DNA of 64,000 bases from Paraspadella gotoi (taxonomy: Eukaryota > Animalia > Chaetognatha), in NCBI GenBank assembly GCA_051294375.1, contig CM119270.1, positions 4,022,301-4,086,300 on the forward strand, given 5' to 3'. Position numbers and translations under genes: made by a program. Of this stretch, positions 1 through 12,469 are shown piece after piece. The notes under the pieces were generated by a model. That model did no database searches, was not told the origin of the DNA, and worked only from the letters and a program-made list of their open reading frames with translations. How positions within the stretch are numbered: the first letter of the stretch is position 1; every line of letters starts with the position of its first letter.

Positions 1-310
1 GGAGGTCCGCGAGGTGGAGGAGCGCACCGACTTCGGGTGCTCGCGACGCCGGTGCCGCTTGGCATGTCGGTGTCGGGTCTTGATGAAGGTAGGGGTCTCG
101 GATGTCCGTGTCTCGTGTGTGCGCGGATACGCATAGTATGGAGGCCGCGGCCGTGCCGCTGCGGGATCGCCGTGAACGCGCGGTCGGTAGTGTCGCTCAT
201 TGCCGGCGCGGCCGCGCCCTGCCGCGCGCCGCGCCGCCGCCTGCTACCGCCCCGCCGCCGTCGCCTCCAGCGCCGCCGCCACTGCCCGCCACCGTCATCG
301 CTGCCGCCAT
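1..310 (-). CDS. Probable first coding exon of an unidentified gene running out of the window (MAAAMTVAGSGGGAGG...), frameshifted by read errors
   Basis: Very GC-rich island with ATG at 310 in a good context (GCAGCAATGG), Gly/Ala-rich N-terminus, upstream (GA)n tract and CCAAT at about 580. The frame breaks repeatedly; product not recognised. Confidence 0.3.
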
Positions 311-448
311 TGCTGCACCTTGACAAATGTTTCCAACGATGGAGTAAAGCACAACTACAACGACAACAACGACAACGACGACAACGAAAATTATGCCTTT
401 TTTAAGACTTCGAAGAAAACGACGACGACGTTGACAACAACGACCGAA

Positions 449-527
<79 letters not shown>

Positions 528-1164
528 TCTCTCTCCTTTCCTCCCTCTCGCCTTCCTCCGCAGATTTCTCGCTCGACAACCAATAAAAACCTCTGGGTTT
601 CAACGGATCCGGGAAAAGAGGGAAAAACCGAATGGAGGAATGGGGATTGCGTATAGGGGAAGATGAAATTGGTGATTGGGGATAGGGGAATTAAAAAGAT
701 GGAGCTCTCTATTCCAAAAGCGCCCCATTTTTGTTCCTTAATCCCTGAACTCGGTTATAACTTTAATGTTCAATATTGATCTAGAGAAAACAATATTTGT
801 TATATTGTTTGATAATAAAACTAGATGTTTGTAAACAAAAGCAAACGTTTTCTCTCTTAATTTTTAAAGAAATCAATCAATCAATTGGGGCTCTTCTTTA
901 AAAAGACTAAGAGTTGAAACTAAAAATAAATCCTCTGAGCTCTGATCGTTCGAGGGTAAGTTAAGATGATTTATCGTGGGTGAGCGACGTTGACATTTCA
1001 ATCAAATGAGTGTTGATCACCGGATTAACTCAGCCTGACGCTTCACAAATCATTTTTAATATTATTTTTGTTTCCATTGTTTTTTTCTCCCTCCTTCACG
1101 TTTCGCTTGCATTTCTTGTATCACTATCACGCCATTTTTAATGATAGAGAAGCTTTATTACAGG

Positions 1165-1345
1165 TTAATTTGTCATCCGACATCTCACAAATCAGTCTCC
1201 AGCTCAATCACCGATTAATCTGGCATATGACATCTAAAATATCAGTCGCCAGCTCTATCACCGATTAATCTGCCATCCGATGTCTCACAAATCAGTCGGC
1301 AACTCTATCACCGATTAATCTGCCATCCGACATCACAGAAATGAC
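1165..1345. repeat. 50-bp minisatellite, about 3.6 copies
   Basis: Units begin TTAAT at 1165, 1215, 1265 and 1315; consensus close to TTAATCTGCCATCCGACATCTCACAAATCAGTCGCCAGCTCTATCACCGA. Confidence 0.9.
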
Positions 1346-2015
1346 TCTTCAGTCTTCATCCATCGCCTCAAGGCAAATTAGTTTTCCGGGAGGCTGACGA
1401 GCTGAAAAACTAATCCCTCATTCATTCATTCTTGCTTCACCCTTTATTCGAGTATCACTTCTCTATATACCTTTCTTATTTTTTATTTTCTTACCATCTT
1501 ATCTCTCTCTCTCTCTCTCTCCCTCCCTCTCTCTCTCTCTCACTCTCCTCTGCTCGCGACAATTTCAAATTCAGACGACTTCCGAACAGGTTTAAACTTT
1601 TCATCTTCTCCGAATCTATCGATATTTTTTAAATCGAAATAATTAAATAGAAATAATTTTAAAACAAATTTACAAGAATCATGTGACCCTCTTTATAATC
1701 TTGTGGTCCAGGATCATTTAATTATCTTTTTATTACGTATTTTCACTCACAGTTCACAAACCAAGTCTTAACTGGTTTTCAAGATTTGGCGGTTTATTCT
1801 CTCGATATCTTGGTTGCTTTTTTAATTAGTCTTTTAGAAGAGAATGTCGAGGTTGAATCGTGAACGTCCCGACTGTTAAAACTGCTCCTGATTAAAATTA
1901 CCTTCGAAAAACAAATTTCTCAACAAACAACCTCGTTAAAATTCTAACCAATACGCTACTATTATCAAAAGGTTCTTTACTTGATTTAATCAACGACAAA
2001 GAGAAAGAAATAAAA

Positions 2016-4702
2016 ATGGATTGTTGTTCGATTTGCGATCTCCCTTGTCTGGTCTTGGTCCTTGCCGTAGTCGTGTCTCTGTACTTACTATTTGGAAAGT
2101 AAGTTAAAGAATCTTCGTGCAGTAAGAATTAAGAGAAATGAATTAGCTTATGTACGTTGTGTTAATTAAGACGTTAAGATAATTAATTTAATGTAATTCA
2201 TTAGTGAAATTTAAATTAAATTTAGTTTTGTTTTTTTTTTTCAGAGGAAACAAGGCCAAGAAACTGGACCCTTCTCTTCCCAAGGGGACGGTTCTGCTTC
2301 ACATGTTCCCCCGGGGACCCAAGGCTCCGAACGCTTCCCCGTTCCCTCTCAAGCTGGAGACGTTCCTTCGCGTCAACAAGATACCGTAATACTGCAAATA
2401 TAAAAGATTGTATTGATGCTAAATATACATAGCTATTTAACTCCTGTCTTTGGAAGGATATGGTGGTTTGGAGGCTCCATACCTCTTATTTTAAACAAAA
2501 CATAGTGTGGCGACGAAGGTTTCGTCGCCACGGGGTTGACCCCAGCTGGTCACTCTTTCGTGTGGTCGCGAGAGAAGCCGGTTACTAATCTCTCTCTCTC
2601 TCTCTCTCTTTCCTCTTCTTTCTCTCTTCCTTAACCAGGGCCCGCTCTCTTAGTCAGTCTCATCTAATATCATGTAAATTGAACGTCTCTCTGTTCCTGT
2701 TATTTTAACCTGCCAATAAACCTACAATTAGGAGGACCTCGCAAGCTTTCAATCAAGACTCTTACTGTTACTTTATAACTTATTAACTTAATTTATCTCT
2801 GAAGCTTGCTTGGTGGATACTCAAAATGAAAAGAGTAAAACTTTAGATTTGTTTCAATCTAACGGAAGGTTTTAATCTGAATATATTATCGCGGATGGAA
2901 TCAGAATCATTCCAACTCTTTCAGGTACCAATGCGACTTCAAAGACTTCATGTCCTCGAAGAGCAAAAGTCCGTGGATGCAATTCAACGGAGAAGCGACT
3001 GCGGATTCCCAGTTTTGCATCGAGAGGCTGAACAGAGAATGGAGATCGACATGAACGCTCATCTTCTCGCGAAGGAAAAGGCGATTGCCGAGGGCCTTCC
3101 TTGCGGTGAGTTCGGGGAGGGGGCCGTTCGTGAACGGGCGAGAGGAGAGCCCCGCGGGGTCAAAAAGAGTATTTTTAAATTTATACATATAATACAATAT
3201 CACTATTGGGAATTATTATCATTATTATCTCTCTTGAGTCGGTTAGACATTTTGTATCGAGTATTATTATTACAACATTACAACATTACATCAATTATTT
3301 AATTTGCGCACAAGACAATTCGATATCATAATCTATTACAAAGGGTGTGCAAGAAATTTTAAATATTTTAAATAGGAAAGAAACTGACAATTAGTTTTAC
3401 AGATTGAGCTTAATCAAAATATTTATCCCATATATTTCACAGCTCCTCGAAGACTGTCTCTACTGGGTGATTTTTTGCAGTCGCTGGCATCGAACTACCG
3501 ATCGCACGTTGAAAGCGATGGCTCTCTCAGCTCCGCAGACTTTCTTGTTAAAGTTTTTGTTGGTGCCAAAAGTGAAGAAACAGGGTTGGATGCAAGGTGG
3601 GTGATGATTTGTTATGAAGAGACAGAGAGAGAGAGAGTTTGTAAGAGGGAGAATGTAAGAGAGAGAGACAGAATTAGAAATAAAAATGATTATACGTGAC
3701 CCTGGAGAGAATCGAGTAAGTCTAATGGGTACTTTTTTCTAATAACGCTGAGGGAGTGTGCGAGCGATAGTGAGATCGAGAGAGAGAGAGAGAGAGAGAG
3801 ACACACTATAGTCTCAAGTTCACGCTCCCAAAGGCATGGCGCGTCACTCCCGCGAAGAACAGTGGGACATTTTCAAAAGTATCGTCGGTTCACTGAGCGA
3901 CTACATGGGCGACAACCCTTACCTTATGGGTGACAAAATCTCGGAGGTAAGGAAGTTAATATTTCAGAACCTTAAGTGAGTTCTTAATTATTGTTCCACC
4001 TGATTGTTTCTTTGATAGCCCATAGTAAATTTAATTCTATTTCTTTTCATACAATTGAAACATTCTTTAAAATAGTACCAGGTAAACCAGGTACTATGAA
4101 AGCTTGCAGGGACCGACTATGTCATTACCTTGTAAGAGTGATGGAGGCCTTAAACCACCAAAGCATGTCCAAAGTCAGGGGCAAGATAGCTTATTTATTA
4201 AATGAATGAATAATTTCTATATTGGTTGTCCCTATTTCATAATTATATAGTATGGCAACAGCCGGGTTGCCTGTGATGCCCATTGGGATTGGGCATCTCA
4301 CTGTTGGCTTTGGGGGCTTCCGACCCTCAGTGACGCTTCGTCACTGGCGCGGTTACCCTAGGACGGTCTCGCTTTGCCAACGCAGAGGGAAGTCGTTAGG
4401 ACTGTGGATGGAACACTACGCCTGGGATGGTGTGTTCCCCCTCTGAGCCAATGTATTTGGCTGAAGGATGGTGGACGTGAGGCGGTGTGAATATACCACC
4501 ACAATAGTCATTTAATTCGATCATAAATTTTCTTTAGGTGGACTGCAGCCTTTTCGGATTCCTGGTGCAAATCATGTATCAAGATTACGAGGACGAAGTT
4601 CACAAAGATCACGTGAAGACTCACTGCTCGAATCTCGTTGATTTCACGAAGAGAATGAGGGAAGAATTTTGGTCGGATTCACGTGATTTCGTCGATGAGT
4701 GA
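2016..4702 (+). CDS. FAXC: Failed axon connections homolog (Fax/FAXC; metaxin-like GST-fold protein), six exons, about 278 aa
   Basis: Manual splicing: exons 2016-2098, 2245-2385, 2925-3105, 3443-3596, 3834-3946, 4538-4702; all introns GT..AG with matching phases, total 837 nt. Translation: N-terminal hydrophobic anchor MDCCSICDLPCLVLVLAVVVSLYLLFG, then [117 protein letters not shown] and NLVDFTKRMREEFW. These are recognisable Fax/metaxin motifs. Exon 3 needs a compensating -1/+1 indel pair (near 3031-3036 and 3088-3090). Confidence 0.9.
2506..2726 (+). mobile_element. Solo-LTR-like element (about 221 bp) in FAXC intron 2
   Basis: Termini TGTGG...CTACA (TG..CA); AATAAA at 2715-2720; flanks ATAG and ATTAG (4-bp TSD with one extra base). 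It interrupts a copy of the dispersed repeat at CATAG^..GCAAGCTTTCAATCAAGACTC (uninterrupted at about 17548-17582). Confidence 0.65.
4050..4241 (+). repeat. Dispersed repeat family A (about 200-250 bp), copy in FAXC intron 5
   Basis: Shares TACAATTGAAACATTCTTT...GCAGGGACC..CTATGTCATTA..TTGTAAGAG...CCAAAGTCAGGGGCAAGATA.CTTATTTATTAAATGAATG with 19757-20000. Confidence 0.8.
4251..4503. mobile_element. Second solo-LTR-like, hairpin-rich element (253 bp) in FAXC intron 5
   Basis: GC-rich block in an AT-rich intron; termini TATGG...CCACA (one mismatch from TGTGG..CCACA); exact ATAG duplication at 4247-4250 and 4504-4507; several short stems inside. Confidence 0.55.
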
Positions 4703-6687
4703 AGTCACTGAGTTTTGAGGTTTTCGTGAATCCGCAGTTTCGCAAGAATTTCCGCCATATTTTCCGAGAGCGCCCAATTGTAACTTAATTTAAATTTTAT
4801 TCGGTATTGAAGAGACAGAGGCGAATGACCAATGGCCGCTGATGAACGGTTGATGGATTTTAATGTACCATTATATTTTAGTTTTAAAATTTGGTTAGAG
4901 ATTAGGATTAGGGATTAACGTTTGGGATTAAAGGTTAGGGATTATATATCAAAGTTAGGGATTTGGTTAAAAAAATATTAACAGATATGTATATATATAG
5001 GTTTAATATTATTATTAAAATTGAAGGTGCTCGATTGGATTATTTAGATACTCAATTGTTACAAAAATAATTTTCGGGCTTTGAAAGTTGAATTTTATAA
5101 GATTTAGTGTTTGTACCATATCACCATTTTATATTATTATTCAAACGTGATTAAAAATTGAATGAAATTGGTATTATATAATTCGTCAAGATTTTAGCTC
5201 GACTAGATGTATGTAATAATAATAGGACACCTAGATAAAAGGGTCATTCTGGCTTTACTGAAGATCTCGAGATCGCGACTTTAATTTGCCGCTGGGCCGC
5301 TGCTGCTTTGGCGCTTCTTTGCCGCTGCTTCGCTGCTCTGCCGCTCTGCCGCTCCGAGAGTTGGGAGAAGATGACGATGACGACGACGACGACGAAGAAA
5401 CGATTGACCAACCGTGACCCGTGAAGTCACCGTGAAAAAGTGAAAACATCACGGTCTCCTCACTCCTCCCGGCGTGAAGTCACCAGTTTTTGTTAGAATC
5501 AATTCCCCAATTCCCTTTTCCATCTCGCGGTGAATGAAGTTCGTAAGAGAGAGAGAGAGATAGAGTTGCCAGGTGAAAGTGACAGCGAGAGAGCAAAGGC
5601 AAGAATGAAGTGGGGAAAAAATTGTGAGAAAAATAAAAACCGAGTCTCTTCCTCCTCTGGGCGTGACTGTGAATTCGGCTAGAGAGAGAAAGAGAGAGTG
5701 AGAGAGAGTGAGTGTTTGTTTTCCTATTCTCTCTCTTTCACTTTCTGGTGGCTGGAGAAAGACCGGCGAATATAATACATCCAATCATTTGTCTTTTAAC
5801 ATTATTTATATATTTGGGGTTTGTTTACTTTTCCCTCGCTGTCGTTGCGAGTTCTCGTCTGTCTCTCTCCCCTCTCTTCTCTCTGAGGAGAGAAAGGAAA
5901 GAATGAGAGAAGGAGAGAGAGATGAAGGTAAGAGTTTAAGGGGTTGACAGAAGGAAAGAGTCTTTGGCTTTTGGAGAGATAAGGGTTAAAAGGAAGGTGA
6001 CTTATGTAAACAAACTTGTTGTCCTGGAAACGGGGGAGGGAATAGAAGGAGGAAGGAAAAGCAAAAGAAGAGAAGGAAAATAAGGAAAGAGAAAGAAAAA
6101 ACTAAGAAAGAAAAAGGAGGAAAAGAAGAAGAAGAAAACTTTAACGTGAAACGGTAGAAAAATAAATATCCACTAAAATCATTCTTTGAAAATTGAAAAA
6201 TATTAAATTTTAAAGGATGGACCAATTATTAAGTAAGACAAACCTCTTTTTTTTTTTGCGACGAAGCAATTCTGTCTTTGCCATTTAACCGGTGTATTAA
6301 ACGGTTAGTCGAGGTACCAATAACCGTAAGAAAATTGAAAAGTTGAAGAAAATGGAGAGAAAAAAATAGAAAACGTCTAAGCTTGTGTAAGCAGATTTTT
6401 TTTCACTTTTTTAGAGTTTCTCAGCTTTTGACGACAGAGAGCGAGAGACNNNNNNNNNNNNNNNNNNNNNNNNNTCTCTCTCGTATCCCATTTGAAAAGC
6501 AAGCCGTTTGGCGTTTTTCAGGCGCTCTGGATCTTTTTCTCTCTCTCTTTTCTTCTCTCTCTCTCTCCTCTCTCCTCTTCTCTCTCTCTCTCTCTCTCTT
6601 TCTCTCCTTAAGACTGCATATTTAAACAGTCATTTAACGCTAAATAACTTCAGACTACATTGTCTTCTTCTTCATCGGCGCTTCTTT

Positions 6688-6773
<86 letters not shown>

Positions 6774-7639
6774 ATCTCTCTCTTTCTTTCTCATTTTTCA
6801 TGACAAAAATAGAGCACAAATGATGGAGATATTGAAAGTGATGGACAAAGCGCCGAAGGGAGAGACGCAAAATATAGGCTCTGTTTTATTAGCTGAGTCA
6901 TGCGAGAGAGGAGAGAGAGAAGAGAAGAGAGAAGAGAGAGAGAGAGAGAGGCTTTTCCGTTAAATTTGAAGAAACGTGGAAAATTTGAGAATCAGAAAAG
7001 TGGATTTTGACAAATTTGGGGAGAAAAAGAGAACAGGATGATAAGGTATCGTGGTAGACAATGGAGAGAGGGAGAGAGAAAGAGGGAGAGAAAGAGGGAG
7101 AGAGATAGAGAGATAGAGATAGAGTTAGAGAGGGAGGGGAGACNNNNNNNNNNNNNNNNNNNNNNNNNNNNNNNNNNNNNNNNNNNNNNNNNNNNNNNNN
7201 NNNNNNNNNNNNNNNNNNNNNNNNNNNNNNNNNNNNNNNNNNNNNNNNNNNNNNNNNNNNNNNNNNNNNNNNNNNNNNNNNNNNNNNNNNNNNNNNNNNN
7301 NNNNNNNNNNNNNNNNNNNNNNNNNNNNNNNNNNNNNNNNNNNNNNNNNNNNNNNNNNNNNNNNNNNNNNNNNNNNNNNNNNNNNNNNNNNNNNNNNNNN
7401 NNNNNNNNNNNNNNNNNNNNNNNNNNNNNNNNNNNNNNNNNNNNNNNNNNTTTTTCAGTGCAACAGACGATACAGCATCTCTGAAAACAAATTTCAAAAA
7501 AAAGTTTTTTGTCTGTTGGAAAATCGGCTAAGAAAAAAACATTATGAAGGACACACCGAAAAAAAAAAGGAATAAAAAGNNNNNNNNNNNNNNNNNNNNN
7601 NNNNCGTGGTCGATATATCAAAGATTATTAGGTAATGCG

Positions 7640-10600
7640 TATGGGCAACAGCGCGGGTTGCCTGTGATCGGCCTCAATTGGGATTGGGCATCTCACTGTT
7701 GTTGGGGGCTTCCGGACCCTCAGTGACGGCTACTCGTCACTGGCGCGGTTACCCTAGGACGGTCCGCTTTGCAACGCAAGAGGGAAGTTCGTTAGGACTG
7801 TTGGATGGAACAACTAACCCATGGGATGGTGTGGGTCCCCTCTGAGTCCAATGGTTAGTTGGCTGAACGGAATGTGGAGCGTGAGGCGGTGTGAATACCA
7901 CACATAGTATGTTAATTCGAATCCAATAAATTTTTTCTTTAGGTGGACTGCAAGCCTTTTCGCGATTCTGGTGCAAATCATGGTATCCGAAAGCATTCGA
8001 GGACGAAAGTTCACAAAAGATCACGTGAAGCACTCATACTGCTCTCGAATCTCGTTGATTCAACGAAGCAGCATATGGAGGGAAGAATTGTTTGGTCGGA
8101 TTCCACGGTGATTTCGTCGATGATGTGAAGTCACCTGAGTTTGAGGTTTTCGATGAATCCGCAGCATTTCCGCAAAGAATTGTTCCCGCCATATTGCTTC
8201 CGGAGCGCCCAACGTTAGTTGAACTTTATTATAAATTGTTTATTGCACGGGCGTATGTTGCAAGCAGACAGAGGCGAAGATGACCAGATGCGTGCGGCTG
8301 AGTGAGACGGTGTGATTACTGGATTTAATGTGATCGAACGCGGTATATATTTTGTTGTAGTTCACTTTAATATACCATGATTTCTGGGTTGAGCAGGATT
8401 CAGGTAATATTCATGAGTTGTGCTGAGGTATGTTACGTGGTAGAAGAAAAGATTTAGACTTAGGCATAGGTGTATAAGTTTAGCGTCAGATAACTCGACA
8501 TGGTTTCAATATTACTTATAAATATTGAAGTGCTCGATTGGGTGATTATCTTTCAGATACTCAGTTTGTTACCAGAAATCAATGTATTCGGGCTTTCAGA
8601 AAAGGTTTGAAACATTCTCTATCTAAGCATCGTTAAGTGCTGTCTGATGGTATGACTCATATGCTCACCGCATTTTATATTAGTTATTCGAAACGTGATT
8701 AAAATTTGAATGAAAATTGGTAATCTATATATTCGTATGGCAAGATTTTTAGCGTCGACTAGATGTATGTAATAATAATGAGGATCAACTAGTAAAAGGG
8801 TCATTCGCTGGCTTTGAACTCGGAAGAATCTCCGAGAGTCGCGACTTTAATTTGCCGCTGGGCGCCGCTGCTGCCTTTGGTCGCGTTCTTTGGCCGCTGC
8901 TGTCGCTGCTCTGGGAGAGGCTGCCGCTTCTGGGCCGTCCGAGAGAGTTTGGGAGAAGATTGAACGATAGACTCGACGACGACGAAGACACGATTGACCA
9001 ACCGTGACCCGTGAAGTCACAGAACCGGTGAAAAAGGTGAAAACATGCGCCGCTGAGGTTGATCGACGGATTCTCCTCACTCCCGTCCCGGGCGCGTGAA
9101 AGGGTCGACGGTTGCGGAGTTTTTGTGATCTAAAGTGCGAATTCCACTTGAATTTCCGCGTTTTTCCTTTTCCCACTTTTGGTTTTCCATCTCGCGAGTG
9201 ATATGAAGTTCGTAAGAGAGAGAGAGAGTTGCCAGTGAAATGACAGCGGAGAAGCAAAGGGCAAGGAATGAAGTGGGGAAAAAATTGTGAGAAAATAGAG
9301 AAAGAAAACGCTGAGTGCTCTTCTTCTCTCCTTCCTGGCTGGGGGGGGTCCTTGGCGTGACCTTTGTGAAATTTGTCGGCTAGAGAGAGTGAGGAGAGAG
9401 TGTGCTGTGTTTCGTCTTTCCGCGTATCTTCCGCCCCGTCTACTTTTCCCCGCCCCTTTCCCCCCCCCTCTCTTTGTTCTCCTATGTTCAACACTTTCCG
9501 TACTTTTGGTGGACCTCGGAGAGAAACCTCTTCGTGTATTATATTTCTGGTGGCTGGAAGAACAGATCGCGGGCGAATATAATACAATCCATCATTGTGG
9601 TCTTTAGATAAACAGTTATTTTAGTATCTTCGGTGTGGGTTTGGTTTATCTTTTTTCCCTCGCTGGTCGTTTTGGCGTGAGTCGTCGTGTCTGTGTCTGT
9701 CTCTCTCCTCCGCCACCCGTGTCTCAAGTCCTCACCCCACCTTCACCGCGTAGAGCTCTCTGTGCCGTCCTTCCCTCGATCGGCTCATCCCCCCTCTCTC
9801 TCTCTTCTGAAAGGAAGAAGGAAAAATGAGAAGAAGGGAGGAGAGAAGATCGAGAGGTAAGAGTGTTTAAAAAGGGTTGACAGAAGAAAGAGAATTCTTG
9901 TTGGTCGCTTTGTGGAGAGGATAGGTTTAACAGGAAAAGGGATGACTTTATGTTACAACAGAACGTTGGGTTTTTTTTTGTCCTGTTGTCTGGAAACGGG
10001 TGTGAGGTGAAGAGAGGAGGAAGGAAACCAGGCAGAAAGAAGCAGAATGGAAAATATTTAGACTCGTAAAGAGAAAGAAACCTTAACGCGAAGAAAAAGG
10101 GAGAAAAGAAGAAGAAGAAACTTTAACGTGGAAACGGGTAGAAATAAATAGTCCACGAAAGATCATCATTGAAAAATTGAAAACATATAAAGTTTTAAAG
10201 GATAAATTGTCCAATTATTACGTAAGCGTACAGATAAACCTCTTTTGTTTTTTTTTTTTTATTTTTTTTTTTTTCTGCGAGACGAAAAGCAATTCTGTCT
10301 TCTTTCCAAATGTGCTAACCGGTGTACTTGAAACGGTTACGTTCGAGGGTAGCGCCGAATAGACACGTAAGAAAATTGAAAAGTTGAAAAAGAAGTAGTG
10401 GAGAGGAAAAAAAAAAAATCAGGAAAACCGGTCTGAAGACCTTGTGGTGCGTTCAGATTTTTTTTTTTTTTCACAGTTTTTTAGAGGATTTCTTGGTCGT
10501 CGATAGCCTTCTGAACGACAGAGAGCCGAGAGACTACTCTCTCTATCCATATTGAAAAGCAGACCGTTGGGGTTTTTTCAGGCGCGTCTGGATCTTTTTT

Positions 10601-11098
10601 TTTCTCGCTCGCTCTCTCCTCTGCTTCTCTCTTCTCTCCGCTCTCTCTTCTCTCTCTCTCATCTCTTCATCGTCTCTCTCTCTTTCTCCTCCTTAAGGAG
10701 CTTGCATTATTGTAAACAGTCAATTTACGCTGCCTATAGACTTTCGACTACAGTGGTCCATTTCTTCTTCAATACGTGGCGTCTGTTAACTCTCTCTCTG
10801 CCTCTCTCTGCGCCTCGTCTCCGTCTCTCTCTCTCTCTCAGTCTCCTGCTCATCTCTCTCCTCTCTTTGCTCATCTCTCCTCTTGGTCTCGACTCGTCCT
10901 GGGGTTTCTCCCTGTTATGGCTGGCGTACAGTTGCGTGAGGTCTAATCCTCTCTCTCGTTTCTTTCCGCTCATTTTTTCAAAAAATAAAATGAGACAAAA
11001 TGATGGGAGGATACTTGAAGTATGACTAACGCCGCCGAAGGGAGAGACGCAAAATAGGTAGGCTCCTGTTTTATTTACTGGAGGATGCTCAGGAGTGC

Positions 11099-11129
<31 letters not shown>

Positions 11130-11720
11130 AGAGAGGGGAGAGTACAGGAGAAGAGATGATGATGAGAGAGGATGCGCACTTGAAAGATTTGCAAGGGAAT
11201 AGTTTAATTGAAGGCGGATCGCCTCTGAAGTTTTTTCCGTTGAAATTTTGAAGAAAGTGGAAAATTTGAGAATGCAGAAAAGTTGGATTTCGACAAATTG
11301 TTTTGGGGAGCAAAAAGAGAACGAGAATGATAAGGTAAACTCGGGTAGACACAATGGAGAGAGGTAGAGAGAAAGAGGGAGAGACATGAGGGAAGAGATA
11401 GAAGCATAGAGATAGAGTAGAGAGGAGGGGGAGACAAAAAGTGAGTAAATTAAAGGAGAGACAGCGAAAGGGATGGAGGAGGTTTCTATTCTATCTATTT
11501 CTATCATTCTATCTATTCTATTCATTCTATTCTATTCTATTCTATTCTATTCTATTCAAGATTTAACCATTCAAGAGACAGTTTTGGGTTGTCAATTTTT
11601 CACGTGCAAACAGACGATTACAGCATCTCTGAAACACTTTCAAAAAAAAGTTTTTTGTCTGTTGGAAACCCGCTTAAGAAAAAATAACATTGATGAAGAA
11701 CACAAAAGAAAAAAAAGGAA
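7640..11720 (+). other. Noisy tandem duplicate of about 4251-7579, including an indel-riddled copy of FAXC exon 6 at 7943-8128; probable gap-fill artefact
   Basis: Colinear with the first copy, with dense 1-2 bp indels; begins just after the 25-N gap at 7580-7604. Confidence 0.85.
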
Positions 11721-12469
11721 AAAAAGAATAGATAAACCATAAAATAACAAAACAAAAAAGAGACTTTGATAAGATCATTAGGAGAAACCAAACTTGTTTT
11801 GCTTTGCTGAAGTGTGGAGAAAGAACTGAGATCGATACCCGTAAACGGTATAAAAGAAAAATGAACTATCGAGTACAAATCGAAGATACATCTGATGCGT
11901 ATCCCCGATGACAAGACGAGGAAGAAGGCAAACATGAATTCATCAAACTACTAGTGAATGAAAACTGAAGCCTCTTATTGTGATAATGATGTTGTTGTAA
12001 AATGTACGAAAGGTAAAACACAAATTTTTAAAAGCTTTCAAATTTACTCGCGGCTCTTCTCCTTGACGAAAGACAAAAACGTAAATTTTTTATCCTTGAA
12101 TCTTATTCCTTTTTTTCTTCTTTAAAATACCCCAACCTACCTAAACTTCACATTGAATGATATAGCCCATGTTAATTATTTTTTTTATTTTGATATTATT
12201 TAATAAAAAAATTATCCTGCTGACAGACCGACCAAAAAGTCCTTATCGAGTCGAACCAAAAACCAATCCTCCAAGAGTGAAGTGGACCGACAGAAAAACT
12301 CGAGACAATAAAATATGGCTGACGTCAGACTAGAAACAACAAGCGGACGACGACGACGACGACGACGACGAGACGAGGAAAGAATATTCGTGGGCAACAA
12401 TTGAAATCGAAGGAAAAGAATCGACGTCAATGCAGCAGATAAATCAGAGCGAAACGACGCGGAGATGAC

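Noticed and set aside
4251-4503. Hammerhead or HDV ribozyme, or RNase P/MRP RNA
   Set aside because: CTGA-stem-TGAA near 4443-4465 lacks the CUGANGA/GAAA core; no HDV P3/L3 pattern or RNase P CR-V motif was found by eye.
5255-5784. Minus-strand ORFs near 5255-5784
   Set aside because: Low-complexity, no recognisable domain or consistent splice sites; more like UTR or intergenic sequence.
7943-8128. Second FAXC paralog or pseudogene exon
   Set aside because: Part of an indel-riddled duplicate block next to a 25-N gap; best explained as raw-read gap fill.
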